A DNA stretch of 64,000 nt from positions 34,308-98,307 of the forward strand of contig JACZRI010000003.1 of the NCBI GenBank assembly GCA_022574775.1. The letters run 5' to 3'. Position numbers and translations under genes: made by a program. Shown piece after piece: positions 55,535 through 64,000 of this stretch. The number at the start of each line of letters is the position of its first letter. Position 1 is the first letter of the stretch. The DNA comes from Patescibacteria group bacterium. Its GTDB lineage: Bacteria; Patescibacteriota; Minisyncoccia; Minisyncoccales; RBG-13-36-15. The notes under the pieces were generated by a model, which did not search any database, had not been told where the DNA came from, and saw only the letters and a program-made list of their open reading frames with translations.

Positions 55535-57082
55535 ATGCAAAAGAAACTACTTCTTGTAAATAAAAAAGATAAAGTTATAGGAACCGAGACAAAGGAAAAA
55601 TGCCATGATGGCAGGGGAATTTTGCATAGAGCTTTTTCTATTTTAATTCTGAATAACAAAAATCAAGTCCTTCTTTCAAAAAGAAGTAAATTTAAAAGAC
55701 TTTGGCCATTATATTGGGATAACACCTGCTCAAGCCATCTCCTTAAAGGTGAAGGCTATGAGTCGGCTGGCAGAAAGAGGTTAAAAGAGGAGTTCGGTTT
55801 TAACAATTCTCTTAAATTAATAGATAAGTTCCAATACCAGGCTCCATATAAAAATGTAGGTTCAGAGAATGAATTGTGCGCTTTGTTAGTAGGAAAATAC
55901 GATGAAGAAAAGATTAAACCTGATAAAAGAGAAATCGCCGCATGGAAATGGATGGATTTTTCAAAGCTTCAAAAAAGCATGAAAAAGAACCCCAAAAAAT
56001 ACACCCCTTGGTTTAAAATCGGCGTGAAACGTTTAAAAAAGGAAATTTTGTCTAATGAGCAAGATAAAGAAAAATTAAATTCAATTTTGACCGAATTGAC
56101 AAAGAAGGTAGATCCAGTGATTAAAAAAACTCTTATTTCCGGAGTTGATAAAAAATTCCAAAAAGTTGTAAGTTATCAAATTACAACTGGCGGAAAGAGA
56201 CTAAGGCCGGCTTTAGCCATAATTTGCTGCAGAATGCTTGGAGGACGGCTAAAAGATGTTCTGTATGCGGCAGCAGGCCTAGAAATACTGCATAATTACA
56301 CCTTAATCATTGATGATGTTATTGATAAAAGCACTCTCCGAAGAGGAAAACCAACTACTTGGTCCAAATTTGGGAAATCTGTTGCTGAATGCGTTGGTGT
56401 ATATTATTCAGCAGCTATTTTCCAAGCGGCAAACAAATCAAAAGCGCCGGTTTTAATATCCGAATTTTTTGCCAAGACTATTAAAATAATTATTGATGGA
56501 GAAATTTTAGATATTTTATTTGAGCAATCTGGCAGAAGTGACGAGCCCTACGTTATGAAGAATAGATACCGCGAAATAAGAAAGAAAGATTATTTTAAAA
56601 TGATTGGCAAGAAAACAGCGTCTTTACTGCAAACCAGCTGTGAGGTAGGCGGAATTTGCGCTGGAGCCAAAGAGAAGGAACTAACAGTTTTAAGAAAATA
56701 TGGGTTTAACATAGGAATGGCTTTTCAGATCACAGATGATATTTTAGACATTTTTGGTGAAGAGAAAAAATTTAGGAAAAAAATTGGGAGAGATATAATA
56801 GAAAGCAAAAAAGGGAATATTGTTATCCTTTTGACACTAAAAGAGCTAAACTCCGCTGATAGGAATAAATTTTTAAAAATAATGAAAAAGGATAAAATTA
56901 GCAAAAAAGATGTTAGAGAGGCAATGATATTGATTGAAAAAACAGACAGTAGGCAAAAGGCTTATCAATTAGGAGAGGGCTTTACAGAAGAGGCTAAAAA
57001 AGATTTGAAAGCTCTGCCGCAAAACAAATGGAATGAAATGTTGAGAATTTTGGCTGATTTTACCCTTGAAAGAGAAAAATAA
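55535..57082 (+). CDS. Fusion protein: type-1 isopentenyl-diphosphate isomerase (NUDIX fold) fused to a polyprenyl diphosphate synthase (GGPPS/FPPS-like)
   Basis: The N-terminus has HRAFSILIL...WPLYWDNTCSSH and the IDI Nudix-like box. The C-terminus has the first DDxxD (LIIDDVIDKS) and the second (FQITDDILD). Confidence 0.7.
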   Translation: MQKKLLLVNKKDKVIGTETKEKCHDGRGILHRAFSILILNNKNQVLLSKRSKFKRLWPLYWDNTCSSHLLKGEGYESAGRKRLKEEFGFNNSLKLIDKFQYQAPYKNVGSENELCALLVGKYDEEKIKPDKREIAAWKWMDFSKLQKSMKKNPKKYTPWFKIGVKRLKKEILSNEQDKEKLNSILTELTKKVDPVIKKTLISGVDKKFQKVVSYQITTGGKRLRPALAIICCRMLGGRLKDVLYAAAGLEILHNYTLIIDDVIDKSTLRRGKPTTWSKFGKSVAECVGVYYSAAIFQAANKSKAPVLISEFFAKTIKIIIDGEILDILFEQSGRSDEPYVMKNRYREIRKKDYFKMIGKKTASLLQTSCEVGGICAGAKEKELTVLRKYGFNIGMAFQITDDILDIFGEEKKFRKKIGRDIIESKKGNIVILLTLKELNSADRNKFLKIMKKDKISKKDVREAMILIEKTDSRQKAYQLGEGFTEEAKKDLKALPQNKWNEMLRILADFTLEREK

Positions 57083-57542
57083 AATAAAGCAACTTAAAAT
57101 GGAGAGAAATAATAAAGAAAGTAAGAATTTAGAGTACGAAGATTTTTTGAATTTAGGAGTAGCTGTTAATAATAGAGGCGAAGTTCTGTTGATTCGTTGG
57201 GTTGAACCGGAAGTCGGAAAAGATGGCTCTGTTTTGACTTGGGCTTTTCCTGGCAGTGGGCAACGATTAAACGAGACGCGGGAAGAATGCGTCAAGAGAG
57301 GTATATTAGCGAAAACCGGTTATGATGTTGAATCGATTAAGCAAATATCTTTACGGTCTCATCCTCAATTCCCAGTATTTATTGTTTATCATCTCTGTAG
57401 ATTAGTCTCTCCCGAACAGGTTGCCAAACCCAATAAATCTCACGAGGTGGCAGAGATTAGATGGGTTAAGCTGGAAGAAATTAAGAATCTAATTAAAACA
57501 GATATTGACCCTAAGGTCAGTCGAGAACTCGGTTTACGTTGA
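57066..57542 (+). CDS. NUDIX hydrolase (alternative start at 57099)
   Basis: Nudix box GQRLNETREECVKRGILAKTG. Confidence 0.6.
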   Translation: MKEKNKIKQLKMERNNKESKNLEYEDFLNLGVAVNNRGEVLLIRWVEPEVGKDGSVLTWAFPGSGQRLNETREECVKRGILAKTGYDVESIKQISLRSHPQFPVFIVYHLCRLVSPEQVAKPNKSHEVAEIRWVKLEEIKNLIKTDIDPKVSRELGLR

Positions 57543-57700
57543 TTCTTAGAATAATATAGTGAATTTCCCGCGCAGCTTCACTGTACGGTTTTTTGTTTGT
57601 CTTGAGACAAGAAGAGATACTAAGCACCAAAGGGGTTCTTGATTAAACGAAATTTAATAGCATGTTTTCGAAAAAGAAATTTTTATGAGAACTAAAAATT

Positions 57701-58585
57701 CTACGTTTCCACAGAATCTATACTTAAAACAGTTTTGATAATGAGGTTAGTGATATCAATATTCGATGCTTTTCGATTGATCGTGTTTGTGAGATAAAGT
57801 TTCGAATATATTTGCTTAATTTTTGAGATACCGGGAGGAAAGACACCGTGGGCCACCAATGCGATAATTCTTTTTGCCTTGGATTTTTTGGCAATTTCAT
57901 AAAACTTCAAAAGAGTGCCTCCGGTTTTAATCATATCGTCAACCACTCCAACTGTTTTTCCGTCCAGATCGATTCTGGGAAAAGCCATCTTTACTTGATA
58001 GGAGTTTATTCTTTCTTTTTTCATTCCTGGAATTTTAGTTCGCCTTTCTCCTCCTATATCCGGCGATAAAAACAAGATATGTTTTCCGAAATTCTTTTTC
58101 GCCATTTTGATTAACAGTGGAACTGCTGAAATGTATGATATTGGGTACTTTTTAGTCCATTGCCGCCCGTGGAAATGGGCATCGATAATGTAGATTTTCT
58201 TCACTCCGTAATAGTGCGCGAGCTTTTCGATTAAATTTTCTGCAACATTAGTTTCTCCAACTTCCAAAACTTGATCTTGCATACCGTAAGGAAAATAAGT
58301 AAAGAACACCTCTGGTTTTACATTATTGTCTCTTAAGATTTGTAGGATTAATTCCAGCTCAATCAGTCCTTCATTCGGTTTTGGCGCTCCTGAATGGAGA
58401 ACAATCACCTTTCTGTTTTGTAAATTTTTTGCTTTAACAATCTTCATATAAATTTCTCCATCAGGAAAGTATCTCTTTCCTTCCATATTTAAATCCGGAA
58501 GATGAACTTCAATATCTTTTGTTTTCGCTTTGAGGCGTTTTGCCAAATGTTTCGCAGAGGAGGTTGGAATAAGAATAGTTTTCAT
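57701..58585 (-). CDS. prs: Ribose-phosphate pyrophosphokinase (PRPP synthetase)
   Basis: PRPP-binding loop VGVVDDMIKTGGTL and a Prs N-terminal domain. Confidence 0.8.
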   Translation of the reverse strand: MKTILIPTSSAKHLAKRLKAKTKDIEVHLPDLNMEGKRYFPDGEIYMKIVKAKNLQNRKVIVLHSGAPKPNEGLIELELILQILRDNNVKPEVFFTYFPYGMQDQVLEVGETNVAENLIEKLAHYYGVKKIYIIDAHFHGRQWTKKYPISYISAVPLLIKMAKKNFGKHILFLSPDIGGERRTKIPGMKKERINSYQVKMAFPRIDLDGKTVGVVDDMIKTGGTLLKFYEIAKKSKAKRIIALVAHGVFPPGISKIKQIYSKLYLTNTINRKASNIDITNLIIKTVLSIDSVET

Positions 58586-58642
58586 ACTATTTATTTTAGA
58601 ACAGAAATTTTACAAAATCAAAAAATATGATAAGCTTTAAAT

Positions 58643-59359
58643 ATGGAGGTGATTCCGGCCATTGATATCATTTCAGGTAAATGCGTAAGGTTAACGAGAG
58701 GGGATTATCAGTTAAAAAAGATTTATAACGATACTCCAATTAAGACAGCCAGACGTTTTGAAAGGGCCGGGTTCAGGAGATTACATCTTATAGATTTAGA
58801 AGGGGCAAGGGAGGGAAAAATAAAAAATTGGAAAAGCATAAAAAATATCGCAGAGAATACCAACCTTTTATTGCAAGTTGGCGGTGGCATTCATTCACAA
58901 GGAGATATAAAAACACTTTTTGACTTAGGGGTAGATAGAGTAATTTTAGGAACAGTTGCTATTAAGGAGTCTCAAAAACTGAAAAAGTTCTTAAAAAAAT
59001 TTGGAAACGAGAAAATTGCTGTTGCAGTTGATATAAGGAAAAACAAAATTTGCTACCGAGGTTGGCGAAAAGAGAAGAAAATTACTCTCCGTACATTCTT
59101 AAAGAGTTTGATTCGATTGGGAATAAAAACCGCTATTGTCACTGATATTGAGCGGGATGGCATGCTCAGAGGCCCGAACTTCTCCCTTTACAAGACACTG
59201 ATAAAGACCTTCTCAAATTTAGAAATAATCGCCTCGGGAGGAATAAGAACAAAGGAAGATTTGCAAAAACTTTCCAAAATTGGACTTTCTGGAGCAGTCG
59301 TGGGAAAAGCAATATATGAAAAGAAAATCCTGCTCAAGAATCTTAAAGCCTTTCTATGA
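58643..59359 (+). CDS. hisA: ProFAR isomerase HisA
   Basis: VIPAIDIISGKCVRL, the (beta/alpha)8 HisA/HisF fold, and a GG..SGAVVG phosphate-binding end. Confidence 0.8.
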   Translation: MEVIPAIDIISGKCVRLTRGDYQLKKIYNDTPIKTARRFERAGFRRLHLIDLEGAREGKIKNWKSIKNIAENTNLLLQVGGGIHSQGDIKTLFDLGVDRVILGTVAIKESQKLKKFLKKFGNEKIAVAVDIRKNKICYRGWRKEKKITLRTFLKSLIRLGIKTAIVTDIERDGMLRGPNFSLYKTLIKTFSNLEIIASGGIRTKEDLQKLSKIGLSGAVVGKAIYEKKILLKNLKAFL

Positions 59360-59952
59360 TCATTATCATTAACTATGGAATGGGAAACCTTAGGTCTCTC
59401 GCTAACGCTTTCCAGTTTTTAGGGGAAAAGGTAAAAATAATTGATAACCCAAAAGAAATCGAAAGGGCCCAAAAGATCGTATTTCCCGGTGTGGGGCATT
59501 TTGGGGAAGCAATGAGAAGTCTAAAAACAAGAAAGATTGATGGAGCGATTCAAACGCGTATTCATAAAGGAATTCCTTTTTTGGGTATCTGTCTGGGACT
59601 TCAGTTATTATTGGAAGAAAGCGAAGAGGCGCCAGGAGTGAAGGGCTTCGGAGTCTTTAAAGGAAAAGTTTTGAAATTTCAAAAAGTGAAAATTCCTCAA
59701 ATTGGCTGGAATCAAATAAAAATTCAAAGGAAAACGAAAATTCTTAAAGGTATTCAAGATAAAAGCTTCGTTTATTTTATGCACAGTTTTTATGTTAAAC
59801 CTTCAGATAAAAAGATTATAGTTTCGCAAACTCATTATGGAAAAGATTTCTGTTCAACTATTGAATCAGAAAATATCTTTGGAGTTCAGTTTCATCCCGA
59901 AAAAAGTGGAGCGGTTGGACTCCAAATTCTAAGAAATTTTATTAAACTTTAA
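59356..59952 (+). CDS. hisH: Imidazole glycerol phosphate synthase glutaminase subunit HisH
   Basis: Class I GATase with the GICLGLQ catalytic Cys and a FHPEKS His-Glu end. Confidence 0.8.
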   Translation: MIIIINYGMGNLRSLANAFQFLGEKVKIIDNPKEIERAQKIVFPGVGHFGEAMRSLKTRKIDGAIQTRIHKGIPFLGICLGLQLLLEESEEAPGVKGFGVFKGKVLKFQKVKIPQIGWNQIKIQRKTKILKGIQDKSFVYFMHSFYVKPSDKKIIVSQTHYGKDFCSTIESENIFGVQFHPEKSGAVGLQILRNFIKL

Positions 59953-60731
59953 TGTTAACCAGAAGAATAATACCTTGTTTAGATTGTGATTTGGGCATAA
60001 AAGGAGGAAGAGTGGTTAAAGGAATAAAATTTAAAAAAATAAGATATGCTGGTCTTCCATGGGAATTGGCTGAAAGGTATTATAAAGAAGGAGCCGATGA
60101 AATTGTCTTTTTAGATATTACTGCTTCTTATGAAAAAAGGGCGACAATGATAGAAATTGTCGAGAAGACTTGCCAAAGAGTGTTTATTCCAATTACGGTT
60201 GGAGGCGGAATTAAAAACATTGAAGATGCTCAAAAATTATTTAAGGCAGGAGCCGATAAAATCTCGATTAACACAGCTGCAATCCAAAGGCCTAAATTGG
60301 TTCAAGAATTAAGTAAAGCTTTCGGCTCTCAAGCAGTAGTAGTGGCAATTGACGCTAAAAGAAGATATAAAAAAGGAAGATGCTGGTTTGAGTGTTCAAT
60401 TTATGGGGGTAGAAAATTTACTGGAGTTGATGCTATTTTCTGGGCAAAAAAGGCAGCTAAACTGGGGGCTGGGGAAATTCTTTTAACGAGCATGGACAGA
60501 GATGGGACAAAACAAGGCTTTGATTTAGAACTCAATAAAAAAACTTCAGAAGCAATTTCCATTCCAGTCATTGCTTCGGGAGGAGTGGGAGAAAAAAGAC
60601 ATTTCCTCGAAGTTTTCAAAAAAACCAAAGTTAATGCCGCTTTGGCTGCCGGAACTCTGCATTTTAACAAAATATCAATACCAGAACTAAAAAAATATCT
60701 CAAAAGTAAAGGAATTAATGTAAGAGTATGA
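59952..60731 (+). CDS. hisF: Imidazole glycerol phosphate synthase cyclase subunit HisF
   Basis: RIIPCLD, DELVFLDI-like and SGGVG motifs. Confidence 0.85.
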   Translation: MLTRRIIPCLDCDLGIKGGRVVKGIKFKKIRYAGLPWELAERYYKEGADEIVFLDITASYEKRATMIEIVEKTCQRVFIPITVGGGIKNIEDAQKLFKAGADKISINTAAIQRPKLVQELSKAFGSQAVVVAIDAKRRYKKGRCWFECSIYGGRKFTGVDAIFWAKKAAKLGAGEILLTSMDRDGTKQGFDLELNKKTSEAISIPVIASGGVGEKRHFLEVFKKTKVNAALAAGTLHFNKISIPELKKYLKSKGINVRV

Positions 60732-61054
60732 AAAATTTAACAAAGAATCTTGACTGGAAAAAATTAAATGGTTTAATTCCGGTAATTGCCCAGGATTTTA
60801 AAACAGAAAAAGTTTTAATGCTCGGTTTTATGAATAGAGAAGCTCTAAAGAAAACTTTAAAAGAAGGAAAAATTACTTATTTCAGTCGGGTAAGAAAAAA
60901 ACTCTGGACAAAAGGAGAAACCTCTGGGCATTTCTTGCAAACTAAAGCAATTTGGGTTGATTGCGATAATGATACTCTTTTAATTAGGGTGAAAGCACAG
61001 GGTAATGTTTGTCACACCGGTCATAAAAGCTGTTTTTATAGGAAAATTCTATGA
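60728..61054 (+). CDS. hisI: Phosphoribosyl-AMP cyclohydrolase HisI (no fused HisE)
   Basis: LIPVIAQD...SRVRKKLWTKGETSGH...DCDNDTLLIRV. Confidence 0.8.
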   Translation: MKNLTKNLDWKKLNGLIPVIAQDFKTEKVLMLGFMNREALKKTLKEGKITYFSRVRKKLWTKGETSGHFLQTKAIWVDCDNDTLLIRVKAQGNVCHTGHKSCFYRKIL

Positions 61055-61935
61055 AAAAAGAAAAGAAAATAAAAATAGGAATTCCAACCAGATTTTTACT
61101 TCTACCAACTTTAACAATTTTTAGAGCTGCAGGTTACAATCTCGAAGTTGATGAGAAAACCTTTCAAGTAAAAATTGATGATCCAGAAATCGAATGTTTT
61201 CCGGGAAGAACGCGAGAAATAGCTGAAAGAGTGGGAGATGGTATTCTGGATGCTGGAATTTCAAGGAAAGATAGAGTTTTGGCAAGTGGGGTCAAAGTCC
61301 GTGAAATTTGCGACTTAGATTATAACAGAACGGAGACCTGGGAAAAGGGAAAAATTGTTTTAGTTGTGCCAAAGACCTCAAAGATTAAAACCTTGAAGGA
61401 TCTCAATGGGAAAACAATCATTACTAGATTTCCTGAAATTACGAAAAAATTTTTAAAAAGGCATAAAGTCTCAGCCAAGATTGAAACTTCTGATACTCCA
61501 AACGAGTTTCAGATAGGCAAATTAGTTGATGCAGGAGTCGAATTTACTTTGACCGGCAGCACTTTGGCGGCTAACAATCTAAAACCTCTGGCAGTTTTAA
61601 TGGAAACTTCGGCAATTTTTATTGCTAATGAAAAATCCCTTAAAGATAAATGGAAAAGAGAAAAGATAGAAAACTTAGCGATTTTACTTAAGGGAGCAAG
61701 GTTGGCTCAAGAAATGGCAGGATTGATGCTTCATGCCTCAAATAAAATGATGGAAGAAGTTCTTGAGATTTTACCAGCCCTGAAAAAACCAACCGTAACT
61801 CAATTAAGAGGTGAAAACTGGTTTGATGTTCTTACCGTTGCAAATAAAAAAGAGATAAGAAAAATTATTCCAAGACTTAAAAAAATTGGCTGTACCGACA
61901 TCATTGAATTTCCTTTAAATAAAGTTGTAATCTAA
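61051..61935 (+). CDS. hisG: ATP phosphoribosyltransferase HisG (long form), copy 1
   Basis: KIGIPTRF, DAGISRKD and the LTGSTL PRPP-binding region, plus a C-terminal regulatory domain. Confidence 0.7.
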   Translation: MKKEKKIKIGIPTRFLLLPTLTIFRAAGYNLEVDEKTFQVKIDDPEIECFPGRTREIAERVGDGILDAGISRKDRVLASGVKVREICDLDYNRTETWEKGKIVLVVPKTSKIKTLKDLNGKTIITRFPEITKKFLKRHKVSAKIETSDTPNEFQIGKLVDAGVEFTLTGSTLAANNLKPLAVLMETSAIFIANEKSLKDKWKREKIENLAILLKGARLAQEMAGLMLHASNKMMEEVLEILPALKKPTVTQLRGENWFDVLTVANKKEIRKIIPRLKKIGCTDIIEFPLNKVVI

Positions 61936-61941
61936 ATATAT

Positions 61942-62817
61942 ATGGCTTTGAAACTAAAACTTGGAATTCCCAAAGGATCGCTTCAAAATTATACTTTAAA
62001 AATATTTAAGGAAGCTGGATTTAATATTGATATCCCTGAAAGGGGGTATTTTTTAAAAATTGATGATCCGGAAATTGACTGCTTTTTATTGAGACCCCAG
62101 GAAATCCCGAAATATATTGAAAAAAGAAAATTAGATTTAGGCATCAGCGGCGATGATTGGATTTTAGAGTCAAGGGCAAAAGTAATTGAGGTTTGTGACT
62201 TGAAATACGCGAAACAAGAAATGAAAAAGGTCAAATGGGTTTTAGCAGTTCCTGAAAATTCAAAAATAAAATCTATAAAAGATCTTGAAGGAAAAATCAT
62301 TTCCACGGAAATAGTTAATTTGGTAAAAGACTATTTAAGAAAAAATAAAGTTAAGGCCAAGGTTGAATTCTCCTGGGGGGCGGCCGAGATAAAACCTCCA
62401 AGGTTTGCTGACGCCATTGTTGATATCACCGAAACCGGGGCTTCTCTCAAAGCTCATAATTTAAAAATTCTAGATACAATTTTGGTAAGTTCAACAAAAC
62501 TAATCACGAATAAGGAAGCTTGGAAAAATAAATGGAAAATAAAAAAAATAAAAGATCTGGCTCTTTTACTTCAAGGGGCTGTTCGAGGCGAAGGGGCAGT
62601 AAGTTTAATAATGCATGTTCCCGGGGAGAAATTAAACAGAATTTTAAAAGTTTTACCAAAATTAAAATCGCCGACTGTCAGGAAAACCGCTGGTCAAAAT
62701 TGGTATGATGTTATAATTTCTTGCAAAGAGGAAGAGGCTAGAGAATTAATTCCAAAGTTAAAAAGAATGGGCGGTCAAGGGATTGTTGAATTCCCAATAA
62801 TTAAACTGGTGCCGTAA
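61942..62817 (+). CDS. hisG: ATP phosphoribosyltransferase HisG paralog, copy 2 (tandem duplicate)
   Basis: Same architecture as copy 1: LGIPKGSL, LGISGDDW and TETGASL. Confidence 0.7.
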   Translation: MALKLKLGIPKGSLQNYTLKIFKEAGFNIDIPERGYFLKIDDPEIDCFLLRPQEIPKYIEKRKLDLGISGDDWILESRAKVIEVCDLKYAKQEMKKVKWVLAVPENSKIKSIKDLEGKIISTEIVNLVKDYLRKNKVKAKVEFSWGAAEIKPPRFADAIVDITETGASLKAHNLKILDTILVSSTKLITNKEAWKNKWKIKKIKDLALLLQGAVRGEGAVSLIMHVPGEKLNRILKVLPKLKSPTVRKTAGQNWYDVIISCKEEEARELIPKLKRMGGQGIVEFPIIKLVP

Positions 62818-62967
62818 TTCCCAAACAGGATAGATATCATCTCGATTTTCTGCTTTTTAATTCCTAAAAACTTGACCGAAAGTAAGATAATATACTATGC
62901 TTGAGATAGTACATAAGAGCTCAATTCGGATAAATGGATAGCTTAGACACTAGAAAGGAGGCATATA

Positions 62968-63642
62968 ATGGAAAGCATTGCAAGCCGAACTAGCAGCCAG
63001 GAGCTCAGCCGGGAGATAATGGGGAATAACTTCTTGGGAGTTGAAGAGGTTGTTGAACACTTCGGCATTTCTTTAGTCCAAGAGGAACTGGCTAAGATAG
63101 CAGAGGTTCCTTTCTTTGAGGCGACACTTCAAGAATGTAAGGATTCTCATGTCCTTTTCCTGGGTGTTCCTGTAAATAGAGTAGGAAATCCTCTGACTGT
63201 TAATTATTTCCGTGATATGTTTCCTGCTGACAGTCCTCGTTTTTGGGCATATCAAGATTCTCGGTATGACCGGGAGAGGTTTGCCACCGAGGAAACCTGT
63301 GAGCTTCGTTGGTATCTCCTCAGGAAATCTATCCTTGATGAAAGTAGGCCTTTGGATTATAAAGAACAAAATTACCTCCTGCAGGAGAATGAATATCGTG
63401 AGCGGGCCATTGTCTATATTTTTTGCGAGCTCTTGATGTTTAGGGCGAGAAGCGAATTACTCTTTAAGGACGATTGGGTTTGGTGTACGGATGTTGATTC
63501 TGACGGCAGCCAGGTTCGTGTCGGCCGGCCCCTCGTTTCGGAGGGCCTCTATGTTAGCCTTGGATTTGGCGGCCACTATGTTCACCATCCTCTCGGCCTC
63601 ATTCCCGCCCGGAAGGAAGTCCGATCGAATTTCAAAGATTGA
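62968..63642 (+). CDS. Hypothetical protein encoded in a GC-enriched segment, with a strong SD leader identical to the one at 46565
   Basis: An open frame of 224 aa preceded by AGAAAGGAGGCAT-ataATG. Composition is atypical and no family was recognised. Confidence 0.5.
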   Translation: MESIASRTSSQELSREIMGNNFLGVEEVVEHFGISLVQEELAKIAEVPFFEATLQECKDSHVLFLGVPVNRVGNPLTVNYFRDMFPADSPRFWAYQDSRYDRERFATEETCELRWYLLRKSILDESRPLDYKEQNYLLQENEYRERAIVYIFCELLMFRARSELLFKDDWVWCTDVDSDGSQVRVGRPLVSEGLYVSLGFGGHYVHHPLGLIPARKEVRSNFKD

Positions 63643-63675
63643 CCACCTGTCTCTTTTTTAAGCTCTTGCCCACTC

Positions 63676-63790
63676 GATCCTTCAACAAAGTTCAGGGTCG
63701 CCCTGAGTTAAATCGAAGGGCGATAAACTCAGGGTAACCCTGAGTCCTTCGGTCCTGAATTCAGGGTTGAAGGATAAAGTCGAAGGATTT
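63676..63790. repeat. Cluster of degenerate family B palindromic repeats (CCTTCg/CGAAGG and CTCAGGG/CCCTGAG arms)
   Basis: Several hairpins, for example CCTTCaacaaaGTTCAGGG-tcg-CCCTGAGttaaatCGAAGG and ACTCAGGG-taa-CCCTGAGT. Confidence 0.55.
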
Positions 63791-63791
63791 A

Positions 63792-63830
63792 AGCCCTGCC
63801 TTGTAAATAGCGATGGCAGGGTTTTTTGTT
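63792..63830 (+). terminator. Rho-independent terminator
   Basis: CCCTGCC-loop-GGCAGGG hairpin followed by T6. Confidence 0.65.
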
Positions 63831-63869
63831 TGTCTTGAGACAGAAAAGATAGTAAAATATAGGAAAGCT

Positions 63870-64000
63870 ATGGTAATAGAAAAAATTCTACGTACAATTT
63901 GGAGGGAGTTTATTTATGGGGGGCATTTCCAATCATTGGGAGCAGCAAGTATTGTTTTTGTTTCGGCTATTTTATTGAAAATTCAAATCACTTGGGATGT
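63870..64000 (+). CDS. Partial ORF, hydrophobic (3' end outside the window)
   Basis: ATG at 63870, open to the window edge (MVIEKILRTIWREFIYGGHF...). It is not in the supplied track because no stop lies within the window. Confidence 0.25.
   Translation, partial: MVIEKILRTIWREFIYGGHFQSLGAASIVFVSAILLKIQITWD

Noticed and set aside
1-64000. CRISPR arrays, rRNA genes and transposases
   Set aside because: No regularly spaced direct repeats with unique spacers, no rRNA-like conserved blocks, and no transposase-like ORFs were seen. The repeats present are short palindromic families rather than CRISPR.

Overview
This 64 kb window is AT-rich (roughly one-third GC by eye), gene-dense and mostly plus-strand. 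Its content resembles a reduced-genome bacterium of the CPR/Patescibacteria type: archaeal-style pyruvoyl arginine decarboxylase, many NUDIX genes, and tRNAs without encoded CCA. Recognisable genes include a nucleotide-sugar cluster (transketolase C-terminus, DegT aminotransferase, CapD dehydratase), murB, hpf, a polyamine cluster (pdaD, deoxyhypusine-synthase-like, speB), secA, secD, secF, pgk, a DHH phosphoesterase, a GH15 glucoamylase, RNase H, murJ, lepA, an MscS channel, ftsB-like, prfB with its programmed +1 frameshift, ftsE, ftsX, a thiol-redox and metal-handling block (ArsR, two CcdA/DsbD-like membrane proteins, an HMA protein, MBL-fold hydrolase, DoxX), engB, malic enzyme, TauE, a D,D-carboxypeptidase, csp, efp, fmt, a PP2C phosphatase, thpR, murC, yjbQ, an idi-polyprenyl-synthase fusion, prs, and a partial his operon (hisA, hisH, hisF, hisI, two tandem hisG). 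RNA genes found by eye are RNase P RNA on the minus strand at 25478-25853, tRNA-Gly(CCC), tRNA-Thr(CGT) and tRNA-Gln(CTG). The most unusual signal is a set of short GC-rich palindromic repeat families in this AT-rich background. Copies lie in intergenic regions, one is nested inside a terminator loop, and several sit IN FRAME inside conserved essential genes (murB, lepA, murC, efp, and the pgk C-terminus), where they encode Ser/Arg/Gly-rich loops. This is reminiscent of Rickettsia palindromic elements. Other noteworthy items are a densely interleaved inverted-repeat region where lepA and the MscS gene converge, two GC-rich candidate ncRNA or foreign segments, GC-rich small genes that share an identical ribosome-binding leader, helically phased AT(C/A)CGAAT repeat arrays around the DHH, GH15 and RNase H genes, and a stand-alone TraD/FtsK-like ATPase with a membrane partner and an HTH protein. 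No rRNA, CRISPR array or transposase was seen.
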